NCBI GenBank assembly: GCA_039679545.1
Contig: JBDKUT010000045.1
Span: 1-28,217 of the forward strand
From: Thermotogota bacterium
GTDB taxonomy: Bacteria > Bipolaricaulota > Bipolaricaulia > UBA7950 > UBA9294
DNA: 28,217 bases
Direction of reading: 5' to 3'
Shown here piece by piece: positions 17,899 through 25,737 of the stretch (positions are counted from its first letter, which is position 1; every line of letters starts with the position of its first letter). A program made the position numbers and the translations under genes. A model generated the notes under the pieces. It saw only the letters and a list, made by a program, of their open reading frames with translations. It had not been told where the DNA came from and ran no database searches.

Positions 17899-19005
17899 GT
17901 GACAGATGTCGTTCGCAGTCACAAGTCCCAATGTTTCGTCATGATGCCATCGGGGCTCCACGATGAGTACAAGGACGGCAAGAAGGAAGCCGACTTCGTC
18001 TACAACGGTATTGTTCGAAAGGCGATCCTCGAGGCATTCGGAGGAGACGTTGCGGTAGTACGGGAAACTGACAGCAGAAAGCCCGGTGCAATCACACGCT
18101 CCATCATCGAGCATGTCGCAGGGGCGGACATCTGTATCGTGGATATCACAGGTCAGAACCCGAATGTCTTCCTTGAACTCGGCATTCGCTACGCGCTCAG
18201 AAGGAGCTGCACCATCCTGCTGAAGCAGGAAGAAACCGCCAACCCATTTGACATCCACAACTACCGATGTGTGGTGTACAGCCCAAGGTTCGAGGGGGTC
18301 GAGAAGGCGATTCGGGACATCGCTGATGCGATTCACAGTGTACTCACTCTGTCGAAGCAGCAGCGGCTCTATACCGACAGCCTTGTCTTCGAGGTCTACC
18401 CTGAGATGGCAGTGACGATCCCAGGTGTCATACGCGAGCCTGAGGAGGAGACGCTCTCCGCACAACACATGCCCTGGAGCGAGTACTGGAACCAATTGGA
18501 GAGAGTAGTCGAGAAGATGCGCAACTACTTCCAGGATGGTCGCTTTGTGCCGGACGTGGTACTCGGCATATCGAATGGCGGGCTGGTGTACGCAGACCTT
18601 TTGGGGCGCGAGCTATTCAGCGGAATCCCTATCCTTTCGTTGTGGGCAGACAGACAGAACAAGGAAGGCAAGTTCTTTGAGAACGCGATCAATGAAGCAG
18701 TGGTCGGAGCTATCTCCCGTCTTTCCTCCTCGTCTCGCGAACACGCAAGCATTCTTCTTGTGGACGACATCGTCGCGTCCGGGAACACAGTCGTACAGGC
18801 GCTGAACTACCTGAAGAAGCGCATTCCGTTCGGCGAGATCGTCTTCTTGCCGCTGTTCAGCAGGAACGAGAAGTATTTCGACCTGATCAAGGACGACGTG
18901 ATCTGGCTGTCTGAGCTCTTCAACTGGACGGAAGAAGCGATAGTCGGAATGCATGCGACCGATAGGATCTACTTGCCCTACGAGAAGGAAATCCGTTCCA
19001 CGTAG
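17899..19005 (+). CDS. Fusion of a nucleoside 2-deoxyribosyltransferase/TIR-like domain and a type I phosphoribosyltransferase domain
   Basis: N-terminal CFVMMP...ADICIVDITGQNPNVFLELGIRYAL...PFDI; C-terminal PDVVLGISNGGLV...ILLVDDIVASGNT...LPYEK; GTG17899 follows GAGGAGG. Confidence 0.75.
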   Translation: MTDVVRSHKSQCFVMMPSGLHDEYKDGKKEADFVYNGIVRKAILEAFGGDVAVVRETDSRKPGAITRSIIEHVAGADICIVDITGQNPNVFLELGIRYALRRSCTILLKQEETANPFDIHNYRCVVYSPRFEGVEKAIRDIADAIHSVLTLSKQQRLYTDSLVFEVYPEMAVTIPGVIREPEEETLSAQHMPWSEYWNQLERVVEKMRNYFQDGRFVPDVVLGISNGGLVYADLLGRELFSGIPILSLWADRQNKEGKFFENAINEAVVGAISRLSSSSREHASILLVDDIVASGNTVVQALNYLKKRIPFGEIVFLPLFSRNEKYFDLIKDDVIWLSELFNWTEEAIVGMHATDRIYLPYEKEIRST

Positions 19006-19041
19006 TAGGGCGAAGCACCAAGGTGCCAGGCTCGGGTTCTG

Positions 19042-19101
19042 GAGATCGGGGGACGCGTACCTCAACTCAGCCGAGGTGGGGGAGTTGAGGTATGTGTCCC
19101 C
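19042..19101. repeat. REP-like palindrome (family B), copy 1
   Basis: GAGATCG + GGGGACGCGTACCTCAACTC-13 nt-GAGTTGAGGTATGTGTCCCC (20-bp stem with two G-T pairs). Confidence 0.8.
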
Positions 19102-19191
19102 GCCGCGGGCGGCACGCCGCGAGGGTCTGGTCCTGTATTCCGGTAGTCGAGCACCGCTGTCGCCGATGACGGGCGTGTGGCGAGGGCGTGC

Positions 19192-19268
19192 GGCACGCAC
19201 GAAACACCTGTCAGGTTCGCTAGCTTGTCTGCGAGGGGAACCAGCGCCAGCCGGAGCCCTCGGACGCA
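19192..19268 (-). repeat. Orphan copy of the MBL-hydrolase gene 3' end
   Basis: 19226-19268 is identical (43 nt) to 21079-21121; GGCACGCAC and CCTGTCAG are also shared. Confidence 0.8.
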
Positions 19269-19413
19269 GTATCGGATTGTGCAAGGCGCAGATCGGGTCA
19301 TGTCCCTGCGGGCACGGCGGGGGCGGAACTGCCGAATGCGTCGACCGTTGCGTGGGCGGCTGCAGGGGCCGGCAGATGCTTTCGGAGACGTGAGAGGCGC
19401 AGGGATTGATCGC

Positions 19414-19506
19414 GCGTATCCGATAGGATACGCCTCGCTCCGTGATCGGGATTCGCCAGACCGACGAGTTCGAGTCTTGGTTCGAGGGCCTATGCGACGA
19501 GACGGC
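19414..19506 (+). pseudogene. Operator plus 5' remnant of an addiction-module killer (RelE/HigB-like) gene
   Basis: GCGTATCC-GATA-GGATACGC then VIGIRQTDEFESWFEGLCD, paralleling 20290-20380 (IEVRQPDEFELWFESLRD). Confidence 0.7.
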
Positions 19507-19645
19507 TGGGTCCTGGGATTCAACCTTGGAGCCCAGCAGTCTGCTGTTGTCAGGGATAGGCGTCTGCGCCGGCGCTCCAACGAAGCGATTGGCCTTGCGC
19601 GCCAACGCGGGCTATACTCTGGCTATCCGGCGGGAGGTGACGCCT

Positions 19646-19894
19646 ATGCTCACGAAGGTTCAGAAGTGGGGCAACAGCCAGGGCTTGCGCCTCAGCAAGG
19701 ACGTGTTGGCGGACGCGGACCTGGCGGTGGGCGACGCGGTCGAGGTCGCGGCGCGCGAAGGGGCGATCGTGATCACTCCCGCACGTCGGGTGCGCGGGCG
19801 ACACAGCCTTGCCGCCCTCGTCAAGGAACTGCCTTCGCACTACAAGGTCGGGGAGTTCGACTGGGGAGCTCCTGCGGGCCGCGAGGTGTGGTAG
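19646..19894 (+). CDS. mazE: AbrB/MazE antitoxin
   Basis: MLTKVQKWGNSQGLRL...EFDWGAPAGREVW; RBS GGAGG; TATACT at 19613-19618. Confidence 0.92.
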   Translation: MLTKVQKWGNSQGLRLSKDVLADADLAVGDAVEVAAREGAIVITPARRVRGRHSLAALVKELPSHYKVGEFDWGAPAGREVW

Positions 19895-20230
19895 ATGGCC
19901 GAGTACACCCCGCGTCGGGGCGACTTCGTCGCCGTCGGCTTCGATCCGCGGACCGGCCACGAGCAGAGCGGGCGGCGCCCGGCGCTCGTCGTGAGCCACG
20001 ACCTGTTCAACCGCAAGACCGGACTCGCCTTCGTCTGTCCGGTGACCAGCACGCATCGCGGATACCCGTTCCACGTGGCGATCCCCGAGGGTAGCGCCGT
20101 GACAGGGTTCGTCATGGTCGAGCAAATGCGGACCATTGACTACCGCGCGAGACAGGCGAAGCGAATCGGGACGGCTCCGGAGGCCGTGCTCGAAGAGGCT
20201 CTGGCGCTTCTCGACGCGTGCCTCTTCTAG
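19895..20230 (+). CDS. mazF: MazF/PemK endoribonuclease toxin
   Basis: YTPRRGD...FDPRTGHEQSGRRPALVVS...CPVTS...YPFHV...EQMRTIDY. Confidence 0.93.
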   Translation: MAEYTPRRGDFVAVGFDPRTGHEQSGRRPALVVSHDLFNRKTGLAFVCPVTSTHRGYPFHVAIPEGSAVTGFVMVEQMRTIDYRARQAKRIGTAPEAVLEEALALLDACLF

Positions 20231-20314
20231 TTTGTCCCACTCCGCGCCTACCGCGGAGGCTGCCGGGAGGAACGCTCTCGCTGTGGCGGTGTATCCGTTG
20301 GGATACATTCCCCT

Positions 20315-20612
20315 GCAATCGAGGTCCGTCAGCCCGACGAGTTCGAGTTGTGGTTCGAGAGCCTGCGCGATCGCGAGGCGCGGTTCCGCATCCTCGCCCG
20401 GATTCGTCGACTCTCTCGGCAATCCCGGGGACGTTGAGCCCGTCGGTGAGGATGTCTCCGAACTGCGGATCCCCTATGGGCCGGGATATCGGATCTACTA
20501 GAGACAGCAGGGCGACGCGACGATCGTGTTGCTCGCAGGCGGCGACAAGTCAAGCCAGAAGGGTGACATCGAGCGGGCGAAGGAGCTCGCGCGGGGTCTC
20601 TCTATGGAGGTG
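20315..20612 (+). pseudogene. Pseudogene of an addiction-module killer toxin (RelE/HigB-like)
   Basis: IEVRQPDEFELWFESLRDREARFRILARIRRLS / frameshift in CTCTCTC near 20411-17 / LGNPGDVEPVGEDVSELRIPYGPGYRIY* (TAG 20499-501) RQQGDATIVLLAGGDKSSQKGDIERAK; no canonical start at the expected position; operator TGTATCC-GTTG-GGATACA at 20290-20307. Confidence 0.85.
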
Positions 20613-20616
20613 CATC

Positions 20617-20907
20617 ATGCCCGAGATGAAGACGAACACCCGGCAGTGGGATCCGGCACGATACCTCGAAAGCGTTGAAGACATCGTTGCGTACCTCGAT
20701 GCTGCGCTCGAAGAAGACGATCCAGCGCTGCTGTCGGCCGCTCTCGGCGATGTAGCTCGAGCCAAGGGAATGTCCGAGATCGCGCGCCTGACCGGGCTTG
20801 GACGCGAAAGCCTCTACAAGGCGCTCTCGACAGAAGGCAACCCGGAGTTCGGGACGATCCTCAAGGTCGTGCGGGCACTCGGGTTGAAGCTTCGCGTGAC
20901 CACGTAG
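20617..20907 (+). CDS. Addiction-module antidote protein (HTH antitoxin)
   Basis: WDPARYLESVEDIVAYLDAA...ALGDVARAKGMSEIARLTGLGRESLYKALSTEGNPEFGTILKV; RBS GGAGG. Confidence 0.92.
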   Translation: MPEMKTNTRQWDPARYLESVEDIVAYLDAALEEDDPALLSAALGDVARAKGMSEIARLTGLGRESLYKALSTEGNPEFGTILKVVRALGLKLRVTT

Positions 20908-21038
20908 CCCGTGCGGTGCGGGAATTCCGGGGACACGATGCCATTCCCGCTGCTCGTGGCGGGCGCTCTTAGGACGCGATCCCGAACTCGCCGATCTGCA
21001 CGCTGCAGACTCGGGTCATGTCCCAGGGGATGGGCGCG

Positions 21039-21180
21039 AGGCACGCACTAGCTGATGCGCCTGTCAGTTCCTCGGGCCTGTCTGCGAGGGGAACCAGCGC
21101 CAGCCGGAGCCCTCGGACGCAATGCGCCCCAAGCCCGGGAACGGCGCATGCGAGAGGAAGACGAGGGCGCCGCTCCGCGC
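21039..21180 (-). repeat. 142-bp displaced duplicate of the MBL-hydrolase gene 3' end and its flank
   Basis: Direct repeat of 21997-22138 with 5 mismatches counted by eye; encodes ARSGALVFLSHAPFPGLG...GPRN*. Confidence 0.92.
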
Positions 21181-21253
21181 AGGTTTGGTCATTCGTTCCA
21201 GCACTGGGACCAAGCGATTCCTACGACTGCGGCCAGCCGCCCGCGTCCTGGGT

Positions 21254-21568
21254 CTACGCAACCGTAAGGGGCTTGATGGCCTCGATGTCGTCGCGGATCG
21301 CCTGCGCGGTATCCCACAGATCGACCGCGCGCTGGGCGTTGAGCCAGAACTCGGGGGAGTTCCGGAAGAGCCTCGACAGACGCAGCGCCATCTCCGGACT
21401 CACGGCTCGGCGCTCACGCAAGAGCTCGTTCACGGTCTGCCGCGACACGCCGAGCGCGTCCGCCAAGCCGGCCACGGTGAGCCCGTAGTCGGGAAGGAAG
21501 TCCTCGCGGATCATCTCGCCCGGGTGGATCGGCCGCACTTCCCTCTTGCCCGTGCTCTTGATGCTCAT
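21254..21568 (-). CDS. higA: HigA family antitoxin
   Basis: PIHPGEMIREDFL...LADALGVSRQTVNELLRERRAVSPEMALRL...PEFWLNAQ. Confidence 0.93.
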   Translation of the reverse strand: MSIKSTGKREVRPIHPGEMIREDFLPDYGLTVAGLADALGVSRQTVNELLRERRAVSPEMALRLSRLFRNSPEFWLNAQRAVDLWDTAQAIRDDIEAIKPLTVA

Positions 21569-21581
21569 AGCTCACCTCGCC

Positions 21582-21863
21582 TCAGTGGTAGTCCGTGATC
21601 TCGACGTCGAAGGCATCTCCATCTTCGAATCGGAAGCAGATGCGCCACTGGTTGTTGATCGCGATGCCGTACTGGCCTTCTCGGTCCCCCACAAGCTTGT
21701 GCAGTCGGTTTCCCGGCGGCACCCTCAGGTCGCCGATCCGGCTCGCAAGGTCGATGTACTCAACCTTTCGCCTTGCCCGCCGCGTGATCTCCGGCGGCAA
21801 GCGGCTCGATCGCCCCGTCACGTAGAGCTCTTGAGTGTGCCGGTCCGCGAACGCCTTGATCAC
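21582..21863 (-). CDS. higB: HigB toxin (plasmid-maintenance killer family)
   Basis: VIKAFADRHTQELY...DLRVPPGNRLHKLVGDREGQYGIAINNQWRICFRF...VEITDYH. Confidence 0.92.
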   Translation of the reverse strand: MIKAFADRHTQELYVTGRSSRLPPEITRRARRKVEYIDLASRIGDLRVPPGNRLHKLVGDREGQYGIAINNQWRICFRFEDGDAFDVEITDYH

Positions 21864-21869
21864 AGATGC

Positions 21870-21898
21870 AGTGTAACGCGTAACGTGACGCATGACAA
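21870..21898 (-). promoter_or_regulatory. higBA promoter, leaderless geometry
   Basis: Minus strand TTGTCA-17 nt-TACACT-6 nt-GTG. Confidence 0.7.
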
Positions 21899-21902
21899 GA
21901 GC

Positions 21903-21963
21903 GAGATCGGGGGGACACGTACTTTGACTCGGCCGAGGCGAGGGAGTTGAGGTACACGTCCCC
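21903..21963. repeat. REP-like palindrome (family B), copy 2
   Basis: GAGATCGG GGGGACACGTACTTTGACTC-13 nt-GAGTTGAGGTACACGTCCCC; downstream GCCGCGG..GCGGCACGCCGC is shared with copy 1. Confidence 0.8.
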
Positions 21964-22021
21964 GCCGCGGATGGCCGCCGCGAGCGGCACGCCGCAAGGC
22001 ACGCACTAGCTGATGCGCCTG

Positions 22022-22873
22022 TCAGTTCCTCGGGCCTGTCCGCGCGGGGAACCAGCGCCAGCCGGAGCCTTCGGACGCGATGTGCCCCAAGCCCGGGAAC
22101 GGCGCATGCGAGAGGAAGACGAGGGCGCCGCTCCGCGCCGCTCGGTCGAACAGTCGGCGCCGCGTGTCCCGGATTCTCTCCTGCGAGGAGTCGTACCCCG
22201 TCCTCCAGGTTGGGTGCTCGACGACGATGGGGTGGAGCACGGTGTCTGCCAGGTGGAGGAGGGTCTCGCCCCTCGAAACGAACTCGACGGCCGTGTGCCC
22301 CAGACGATGGCCGGGTGCAGGGAGAGTCCGCACTCCGGTGACGACCTCGGTCTCGTCGCGCGTGAAGAGGACGCGCCCCTCCAAGAGGCGGGCGAGCGTG
22401 CGGTAGGCCTCGGCATCCGTTGGCGAGCACATGGCCAAGATTCGCTCGGACCTGTATCCGGCCCAGGCTTCTTCCGCCATCACGTGGCGCGCGTTGGGGA
22501 ACGCCAAGCCCCCGTCTGGCGCGATGACGCCTCCGGCGTGGTCGAGGTCGAGGTGGGTGAGGATGACGTACGCGACGCGGTCCGGCTCGACGCCGGCCTG
22601 TCGGAGGGTCAGCAGGAATCGACTCTCGAGTTGATCGGTGCACGGCCCCCAGCCGGGATCGATGACGATCGCGTCGTCTCCGGCGCGAACGAAGAGCCCG
22701 AGGAAGTCGTACGACATCTCCTCCGTCGACCAGCCACGGAGAGCGAGCGCCTCTCGCACTTGAGGGTCGTCGACGTCCGGGAGGAGTTCCCTCACGTGGA
22801 ACCGCTCCGAGGCGTCTCGTATCGCGACGCAGTCGAGGTCCCCGACGCGGAATCGGTAAGCGCTCTCAGTCAT
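22022..22873 (-). CDS. MBL-fold metallo-hydrolase
   Basis: VIDPG, LTHLDLDHAGG, PAPGHRLGH, LADTV, SHAPFPGLG; RBS AAGGAG. Confidence 0.9.
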   Translation of the reverse strand: MTESAYRFRVGDLDCVAIRDASERFHVRELLPDVDDPQVREALALRGWSTEEMSYDFLGLFVRAGDDAIVIDPGWGPCTDQLESRFLLTLRQAGVEPDRVAYVILTHLDLDHAGGVIAPDGGLAFPNARHVMAEEAWAGYRSERILAMCSPTDAEAYRTLARLLEGRVLFTRDETEVVTGVRTLPAPGHRLGHTAVEFVSRGETLLHLADTVLHPIVVEHPTWRTGYDSSQERIRDTRRRLFDRAARSGALVFLSHAPFPGLGHIASEGSGWRWFPARTGPRN

Positions 22874-23108
22874 GTCGCTCCTTGTGGCGGGATCGAGCGA
22901 CCGGCTCTCTCCGCCTAGGCGGCACTCGGTCGTGCGCCTGGATCGGTCGTCGGGTCACAGGCTATCTGCGTCGGTCGCTTCGTTCCCACGCCTTCCATCA
23001 GGATGCGGATGACCGTCGCGCCTTCGTCTCCCTCCTGCATTGGCCGCATCGGGAAGAGCGGCAGCGAGAGCTGCTACCCGAGTCGAGCATCAGACCGCGG
23101 CGGCGCGG

Positions 23109-23441
23109 CTACGGCAGGAACATCTCGTTCAAGATCCGCAACGCGCTCTCGAGCGCCTGGCTGGACAGCTTCCCGAGCTCCCGAATGAGACGTTCGCGAT
23201 CCACGGTGCGGATCTGGTCGAGGACGATCTGCCCTTGCTTGCCCTGGAACTGACAGGCCACCCGGAACGGGTACGAACGCGATGCTGTGGTTAGCGGTGC
23301 CACGATGCACGTCTCGAGGTGGGAGTTGAGCTCGTCGGGGGAGATCACGACACACGGGCGGGTCTTTCGGATCTCACGCCCAATGGTTGGATCGAGGCAG
23401 ACAAGGTAGACGTGGCCGCGCTGCGCGGTCACCACGTCCAC
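23109..23441 (-). CDS. PemK/MazF family toxin
   Basis: RGHVYLVCLDPTIGREIRKTRPCVVISPDELN...APLTT...LDQIRTVD. Confidence 0.92.
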   Translation of the reverse strand: MDVVTAQRGHVYLVCLDPTIGREIRKTRPCVVISPDELNSHLETCIVAPLTTASRSYPFRVACQFQGKQGQIVLDQIRTVDRERLIRELGKLSSQALESALRILNEMFLP

Positions 23442-23677
23442 TCCTCGACGTCAAAGCGCGTGGGCACATCGCCGTCGAGCGCCTTGCCCTCGCCTCGTTT
23501 CTGCATCTCTCGCGCCGCGTCGGCCCAGCCACTACGAGGTGGCCTCATCGGCGTGATGATCAGTCGGCCCTCGTGAACGTCGAGCTCGGCCTCCTCGACC
23601 AGCCCCACATGGTCGAGGATCGCCTTCGGCAGGCGAATGCCTCTCGAATTGCCGATCTTGATGAGCTTTGTCTTCAT
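23429..23677 (-). CDS. AbrB/MazE family antitoxin
   Basis: MKTKLIKIGNSRGIRLPK...PRSGW...FDVEEWTW; RBS GGAGG. Confidence 0.92.
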   Translation of the reverse strand: MKTKLIKIGNSRGIRLPKAILDHVGLVEEAELDVHEGRLIITPMRPPRSGWADAAREMQKRGEGKALDGDVPTRFDVEEWTW

Positions 23678-23697
23678 CGCACCCTCCGCGTAGGTAC

Positions 23698-23726
23698 ATC
23701 GTAATTACGGCGATCGCGCCAGTCAA
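23698..23726 (-). promoter_or_regulatory. Promoter and operator of the AbrB-PemK module
   Basis: Minus strand TTGACT-17 nt-TACGAT; palindrome CGTAATTACG (23700-23709) overlaps the -10. Confidence 0.65.
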
Positions 23727-23890
23727 GACGGGCCGCGCGTAGGGCCGGGCACGGGTGCCTCGCCATGAGTGGTCGTGGTCTCGGGGGCCGTCGTTTGTCC
23801 TCGCGAGCTGGGTGCAGGCGGCCGCCCGCTATGAGCCGGAGGAGTAGACTGGGGTGGGCCAGGCGCGACCGGTGCGTGAGAGGGAGGACG

Positions 23891-24571
23891 ATGAAAGGGC
23901 AGGGATTCGAGACAGATAGGTTGAGCACGTCGGAGGGCGACCTCGAGATCACGTTCCTGGGTCACGGCTCGCTCCTCTTTCGCCACAGACAGAAGATTGT
24001 GTACGTCGACCCGTTCAGCCGGGTGGCCGACTACTCGAAGCTGCCGAAGGCGGATGTAATCTTCATCACACACGAGCACCGCGATCACCTCGACCCGGGC
24101 GCGTTGGCCGCGATCCGCACGAAGACGACGAGCGTGGTCCACACGGTTCTGTGCGAGGGCGCGATCGCCGGCGGGCTGGCGATGCGCAACGGCGACGTGA
24201 CGGCCGTGCAGGGGATCGGCGTTGAGGCGATCCCGGCCTACAACCTGGTCCACCAGCGGGAGTCGGGCGACCCGTTCCACCACTGCGGCGACGGGAACGG
24301 TTACATCCTCACGTTCGGCGGCCTGCGCGTGCTCGTCGCCGGCGACACGGAGAACACGCCGGAGCTGAAAGCGCTGCGCGACATCGATGTGGCCTTTCTG
24401 CCGATGAACCTGCCCTACACGATGACGCCGGAGATGGTCGCCGACGCGGCGCTCGCCATTCGGCCGAAGATCCTCTACCCGTACCACTTCGGCGACACCG
24501 ACCCGTCGCGCCTCGCCCAGCTCCTCTGCGACCACCCCGAGATCGAGGTCCGCATCCGCCGCCTCGCCTGA
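23891..24571 (+). CDS. MBL-fold metal-dependent hydrolase (beta-lactamase-superfamily)
   Basis: ITFLGHGS, YVDPF, ITHEHRDH, AGDTE, LPMNLPYTM, YPYHFG; RBS GGGAGG. Confidence 0.9.
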   Translation: MKGQGFETDRLSTSEGDLEITFLGHGSLLFRHRQKIVYVDPFSRVADYSKLPKADVIFITHEHRDHLDPGALAAIRTKTTSVVHTVLCEGAIAGGLAMRNGDVTAVQGIGVEAIPAYNLVHQRESGDPFHHCGDGNGYILTFGGLRVLVAGDTENTPELKALRDIDVAFLPMNLPYTMTPEMVADAALAIRPKILYPYHFGDTDPSRLAQLLCDHPEIEVRIRRLA

Positions 24572-24658
24572 GATCGGGGGACACGTACCCTATCTCCGCC
24601 GTCGCAAGTCCGGAGACACGTACCAGAACTCCTGCGTGGAGTTGAGGTCCACCTCCCC
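24570..24658. repeat. REP-like palindrome (family B), copy 3 (composite, two left arms)
   Basis: GAGATCGGGGGACACGTACC...GGAGACACGTACC...GGAGTTGAGGT..TCCCC; overlaps the upstream stop codon. Confidence 0.7.
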
Positions 24659-24674
24659 GACGGAAGGCAGCCCC

Positions 24675-24723
24675 TTCACTATCGTTCCCATATCGGGTAC
24701 GATCGTTCCCATAATGGGAACGA
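24675..24723 (+). promoter_or_regulatory. Promoter with tandem 21-bp operators
   Basis: TTCACT-17-TACGAT; TCGTTCCC-5-GGGTACGA followed immediately by TCGTTCCC-5-GGGAACGA. Confidence 0.7.
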
Positions 24724-25322
24724 ATGATGACACTGACTCCCGCGGACTTGCCGGAGCGCTCTTCACGCCGGTACAGCAGCGGGTGCTCGGCCTCCTGTTC
24801 GGTCAGCCCAGTCGCCGCTTTCAGAGTGCGGAGTTGATCCGTCTTGCACAGGGGGGAACCGGCGCCGTGCATCGCCAGCTTGCTCGCCTCGAAGCCTCCG
24901 GTTGGGTGACGGTCACTCGGATTGGGAACCAGAAGCACTACCAGGCGAACGCCGAGTCTCCCGCGTTCGAGGAGTTGCGCGGACTCATCGCCAAGACGGT
25001 CGGTCTCGCAGAGCCGCTCCGGCGTGCGCTGGAACCTCTTGCAGGCCAGATCCACGCGGCCTTCGTCTACGGCTCGGTCGCCAAGGGGACGGACAAGGCG
25101 ACGAGCGACATCGATCTTCTCGTAGTGTCCGATCGGCTCGGCCATCCCGACCTCTTCGCCGCGCTCCAGGCAGTCGAGAGGGAGCTGGGACGGCCGGTGA
25201 GTCCGAACGTGATGACCCTCCGCGACTGGCGTACGAAGAGTCGGCAGAAGGACTCGTTCGCGGGGCGCGTCAGCGCGCAAGCTCGGCTCTTCGTTATAGG
25301 ATCGGACGATGATCTCGCCTGA
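24714..25322 (+). CDS. wHTH plus minimal nucleotidyltransferase (MNT) antitoxin
   Basis: ALFTPVQQRVLGLLF wHTH; AFVYGSVAKGTDKATSDIDLLVV (GS...DxD). Confidence 0.88.
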   Translation: MGTNDDTDSRGLAGALFTPVQQRVLGLLFGQPSRRFQSAELIRLAQGGTGAVHRQLARLEASGWVTVTRIGNQKHYQANAESPAFEELRGLIAKTVGLAEPLRRALEPLAGQIHAAFVYGSVAKGTDKATSDIDLLVVSDRLGHPDLFAALQAVERELGRPVSPNVMTLRDWRTKSRQKDSFAGRVSAQARLFVIGSDDDLA

Positions 25323-25734
25323 ACTCGAGAACCTCGCACGTTGCGGGGTGCTGAAGCGCGAGCCGCCGGCCCGCGCGGAGTACGAAGGGCTTGTCGCGTC
25401 TGCCGCGGCGCGTCTCGCAGACGCTGCGCGTCCAGACCTGTCGCTCGAGAGCCGCTTTGACCTTGCCTACAACGCTGCGCATGCCTTGGCTCTGGCGGCG
25501 CTCCGTCGGATGGGCTATCGCTCAGACAGCCGGTACGCCGTGTTCCAGGTATTGCCCTACACCGCGGGTTTGCCCACGGCCACCTGGCGATTCCTCGCCA
25601 AGTGCCACGAGCGGCGGAACCTGGCCGAGTACGAAGGCGCCAGAAGTCTCGATGGCCGCCTGATTGATGACCTCGTTTGCGCCGCAGAGGAACTCATGAA
25701 GGCTGTGAGCGCTCTTCGCCCTCCTGGAGGGTAG
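25309..25734 (+). CDS. HEPN-like partner (toxin) of the MNT
   Basis: Overlaps the MNT gene; helical; RFDLAYNAAHALALAALRRMGYR...HERRNLAEYEG (R-x4-Y variant). Confidence 0.7.
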   Translation: MISPELENLARCGVLKREPPARAEYEGLVASAAARLADAARPDLSLESRFDLAYNAAHALALAALRRMGYRSDSRYAVFQVLPYTAGLPTATWRFLAKCHERRNLAEYEGARSLDGRLIDDLVCAAEELMKAVSALRPPGG

Positions 25735-25737
25735 GAC

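Noticed and set aside
19442..19894. In-frame fusion of the killer stub to MazE (150 aa)
   Set aside because: MazE has its own promoter and RBS at 19646; the open frame is likely coincidental
21582..22643. 353-aa ORF containing HigB
   Set aside because: Only the last 93 aa are HigB; the upstream part crosses the promoter, a palindrome and another gene
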